DNA of 64,000 nucleotides from Alphaproteobacteria bacterium (GTDB lineage Bacteria; Pseudomonadota; Alphaproteobacteria; G965222575): NCBI GenBank assembly GCA_965222575.1, contig OZ244958.1, positions 704,001 to 768,000 of the forward strand, read 5' to 3'. Shown piece by piece: positions 61,476 to 64,000 of this stretch (position 1 is its first letter; each line of letters starts with the position of its first letter). The notes under the pieces were generated by a model. It saw only the letters and a program-made list of their open reading frames with translations, ran no database searches and was not told where the DNA came from. The position numbers and the translations under genes were made by a program.

Positions 61476-62204
61476 TTGGGGCGATTTTGGATTACTGGCG
61501 TTCATCCTGTTATCTGCGCTCTTGAGAATCCTAAACGCAAGTGTTTACAGCTTTTCGCTACTACGCGCACTTTTCCTCTTGTTCAAGAGCTTGTGCGCAC
61601 TAAGGTAGGCTTAAAGGTTCAGATTGTGTCAAAAGAAGCCTTTACCACTCTCCTCCCACCTCATAGCACGCACCAGCATCTCGCCTTAGAGGTGTTCCCG
61701 CTTTCTTCTGTGCCTCTTAAGAGGATTTGTCAGAATGGAAAGCCTATTGTTGTGCTAGATGGTGTGGAAGACCCTCAAAATGTAGGGGCTATTATTCGTT
61801 CCGCTACGGCTTTCGGCGTAGAGGGCGTCATCACACAAAAACGGCGCGCCTTCCACAGAGAAACCACTTCACTGGCTAAAACTGCCGCCGGAACTTTGGA
61901 AATTTGCCATTTTCTACAGGTTAGCAATATCGCTCAAACCCTCAAACAACTCAAAACTTATGGCTATTGGCTCATAGGACTTCTTCCACAAGCCCCACAA
62001 CACCTCTCTCCCTCTACCTCCCCCCCCCGCCCCTTCGCCCTTGTACTAGGTGCCGAAGATAAAGGACTCCGTACACTTGTCCAACAACACTGTGACTTCC
62101 TTTACTCTATCCCCATGGAAAATGTCCAAAGCCTCAATGTTGCCGCCGCCGCTGCCGTTGCCTTGTTCACCCTTTCTCAGTCAACCAAGCCCCCACGCCC
62201 ATGA
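61476..62204 (+). CDS. rlmB: 23S rRNA G2251 2'-O-methyltransferase (TrmH/SPOUT family)
   Basis: GVHPV..ALENP, LDGVEDPQNVGAIIRSA, GAEDKGLR, SLNVA; start uncertain (TTG after AAGGAG). Confidence 0.88.
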   Translation: MGRFWITGVHPVICALENPKRKCLQLFATTRTFPLVQELVRTKVGLKVQIVSKEAFTTLLPPHSTHQHLALEVFPLSSVPLKRICQNGKPIVVLDGVEDPQNVGAIIRSATAFGVEGVITQKRRAFHRETTSLAKTAAGTLEICHFLQVSNIAQTLKQLKTYGYWLIGLLPQAPQHLSPSTSPPRPFALVLGAEDKGLRTLVQQHCDFLYSIPMENVQSLNVAAAAAVALFTLSQSTKPPRP

Positions 62205-63298
62205 TTACAATGCAACACCTTCTCTCAGACCAAGAGGCGCGAACAGGAGAAATCCTCACCGCTCACGGGTCTTTCAAAACCCCCTGCTTCATGCCAGTGG
62301 GAACTTACGGCGCCGTCAAAGGCTTAACACCGCGCGCCCTAAAAGATACAGGCTGTGAAGTCTTGTTGTGTAACGCGTATCACCTCATGGAAAGACCAAC
62401 CATAGAAGTCATCCACAAGCGGGGGGGCTTGCGGAAATTCACCGGCTGGAATAGACCTATCCTCACAGACTCAGGCGGCTTTCAAACCCTCTCTCTCAAA
62501 CACCAAGTCAACGCAGAGGGCATACTCTTTACCTCCCCTATCAATGGACAACGCCTAAGTCTCACCCCAAAACACGCCGTCACCATACAATACAAACTCG
62601 ATGCCACACTCTCCATGCAACTGGATTACTGTGTCAGACTACCAGCTTCCGAAAACCAGACAAGACAGGCTATGGAGCTCTCTTGGCAATGGGGCAAACT
62701 CTGTAAGGAACACTTCATAGAAAGAGAAGGATACGGCCTCTTTGGTATCATTCAGGGGGGCTCAAACCTTAAGCTCAGACGGGAATCCTTAGAAAAATGT
62801 CTAGAGATACACTTTCATGGATACGCTATTGGCGGTGTTGCTGTAGGCGAAAGAGCAGAGGAAAGAGAAGCCCTCCTGTCAACACTCCTCCCTCTTTTGC
62901 CTTCATCACAACCCCGATACCTCATGGGTGTCGGAAAACCCAGAGATATCCTTGACGCCATCAAAAAAGGCGTTGATATGTTCGATTGCGTCTACCCTAC
63001 AAGATGTGGACGACATGGATTAGCCCTTACGCAAACCGGCCCCCTCTCCCTCCTCAATAGCCAGCATAAAGACTCTTCTTTGCCCCTAGACCCTCTTTGT
63101 GCGTGCTATCCTTGTCAAACCTTTTGCCGTGCCTTTCTCCATCACCTCTTCAAACGAAATGACCCTCTAGCTGGACAACTGCTTTCTTTCCATAACCTTT
63201 TTTTCTACCAAAGACTCCTCGCTCAGTCTAGAGAAGCCATTGCCAATCACACCTTTTCACAATTAGAACGCTCTCTCAATGACGCTTATCCAGCATAA
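62201..63298 (+). CDS. tgt: Queuine tRNA-ribosyltransferase
   Basis: TPCFMPVGT, LTDSGGFQ, GIIQGG, RYLMGVG, DMFDCV, CACYPC zinc site. Confidence 0.97.
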   Translation: MITMQHLLSDQEARTGEILTAHGSFKTPCFMPVGTYGAVKGLTPRALKDTGCEVLLCNAYHLMERPTIEVIHKRGGLRKFTGWNRPILTDSGGFQTLSLKHQVNAEGILFTSPINGQRLSLTPKHAVTIQYKLDATLSMQLDYCVRLPASENQTRQAMELSWQWGKLCKEHFIEREGYGLFGIIQGGSNLKLRRESLEKCLEIHFHGYAIGGVAVGERAEEREALLSTLLPLLPSSQPRYLMGVGKPRDILDAIKKGVDMFDCVYPTRCGRHGLALTQTGPLSLLNSQHKDSSLPLDPLCACYPCQTFCRAFLHHLFKRNDPLAGQLLSFHNLFFYQRLLAQSREAIANHTFSQLERSLNDAYPA

Positions 63299-63415
63299 GC
63301 GTAAGTCGTCCAATAAGAGTTCCCCCGCTCTTGTTGGCTTGTTGTTCCTCCTTTAGGATTTTGTTACTGTTTTCTCCATAGGCTATACCCAGCACTTCTC
63401 TCAAAGCCCCTGCCT

Positions 63416-64000
63416 ATGCCCTCTATTTCCTCTTTATTGTGTGCCTGCTGTCTCTTCTTGTTCTTTCAACAAGCACAAGGCGAAGACACTATCACCATTG
63501 CCACAGGTTCCCCAACAGGACTGTATTTCAGAATCGGTAATGGCATTTGCTCCCTCTTGCACCAATCTGTCCAAGATAAAGAAAAGGCTGCCTCTTTACG
63601 GTGTGTCGCTTCTTCTACTTATGGCTCTATTTATAATCTCAATCAACTCAAAGCCCAACAAACCGACTTTGCCATTGCACAATCAGATTGGCTCCATTAT
63701 GCCTTCACAGGCACTAATCCTTATGTTGAACATAACGAAAACTTAAGAGCTGTTTTTTCCCTCCACTCTCAGGCCTATCACCTTGTTGTCTCTCAAACAC
63801 TTCAACAATGGGACGATTTACACAATAAAGTCCTCAGTCTTGGATATGACGGAAGCCCCCAGCACTTTCCAACTCAAGTGCTCATCACCCTACAAGGAAC
63901 AAAAAAAGAAGACTTCAAAGCCCTCAAAGCCCTCCCCGCACGCAAAGAACTAGAAGCCTTTTGTACAGACTCCATTCATGGCTTTAGCGCACTCCTTCCT
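63416..64000 (+). CDS. TAXI-family TRAP solute-binding protein (runs off the window; absent from the ORF track)
   Basis: Hand translation: signal peptide, ITIATGSPTGLYFRIGNGIC, STYGSIYNLNQL, FAIAQSDW, NLRAVFSLH. Confidence 0.88.
   Translation, partial: MPSISSLLCACCLFLFFQQAQGEDTITIATGSPTGLYFRIGNGICSLLHQSVQDKEKAASLRCVASSTYGSIYNLNQLKAQQTDFAIAQSDWLHYAFTGTNPYVEHNENLRAVFSLHSQAYHLVVSQTLQQWDDLHNKVLSLGYDGSPQHFPTQVLITLQGTKKEDFKALKALPARKELEAFCTDSIHGFSALLP

Noticed and set aside
63441-63746. 101-aa ORF
   Set aside because: Wrong frame; the TAXI protein from 63416 occupies this region.

Overview
Chromosomal segment of a probably host-associated alphaproteobacterium. The call rests on gene neighbourhoods (tRNA-Leu-tig-clpP-clpX-lon; gyrA-coaD-queA; argS-SPOR-tatABC-serS; divergent amiC/rne; lpoA-rsmI-yraN) with several usual neighbours missing. 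Intact housekeeping genes and four tRNAs alternate with accessory blocks. The most striking signal is a set of signal-peptide-less, repeat-rich ORFs that look like eukaryote-mimicking effectors. One (40378-41373) combines the textbook Src SH3 ligand RPLPPLP, the textbook Src SH2 ligand YEEI, an EPLYA motif, a YxxM motif and a C-terminal PDZ motif. Two neighbours (35383-38798) share three copies of an unrecognised ~145-aa domain followed by SH3-ligand arrays and NPF/LIR-like tails. Other accessory content: a triplicated secreted TPR gene, a split S8 lipoprotein protease, an orphan TpsB, a DUF3800 gene with a downstream structured RNA, an Skp-N-terminus fusion to a foreign domain, an orphan collagen/S74 phage-type tail fibre and a split ankyrin gene. 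G/C strand skew appears to flip every 1-3 kb, even inside genes. Frameshifts occur only in accessory genes and may partly be consensus errors. All calls are by motif recognition; no searches were run.
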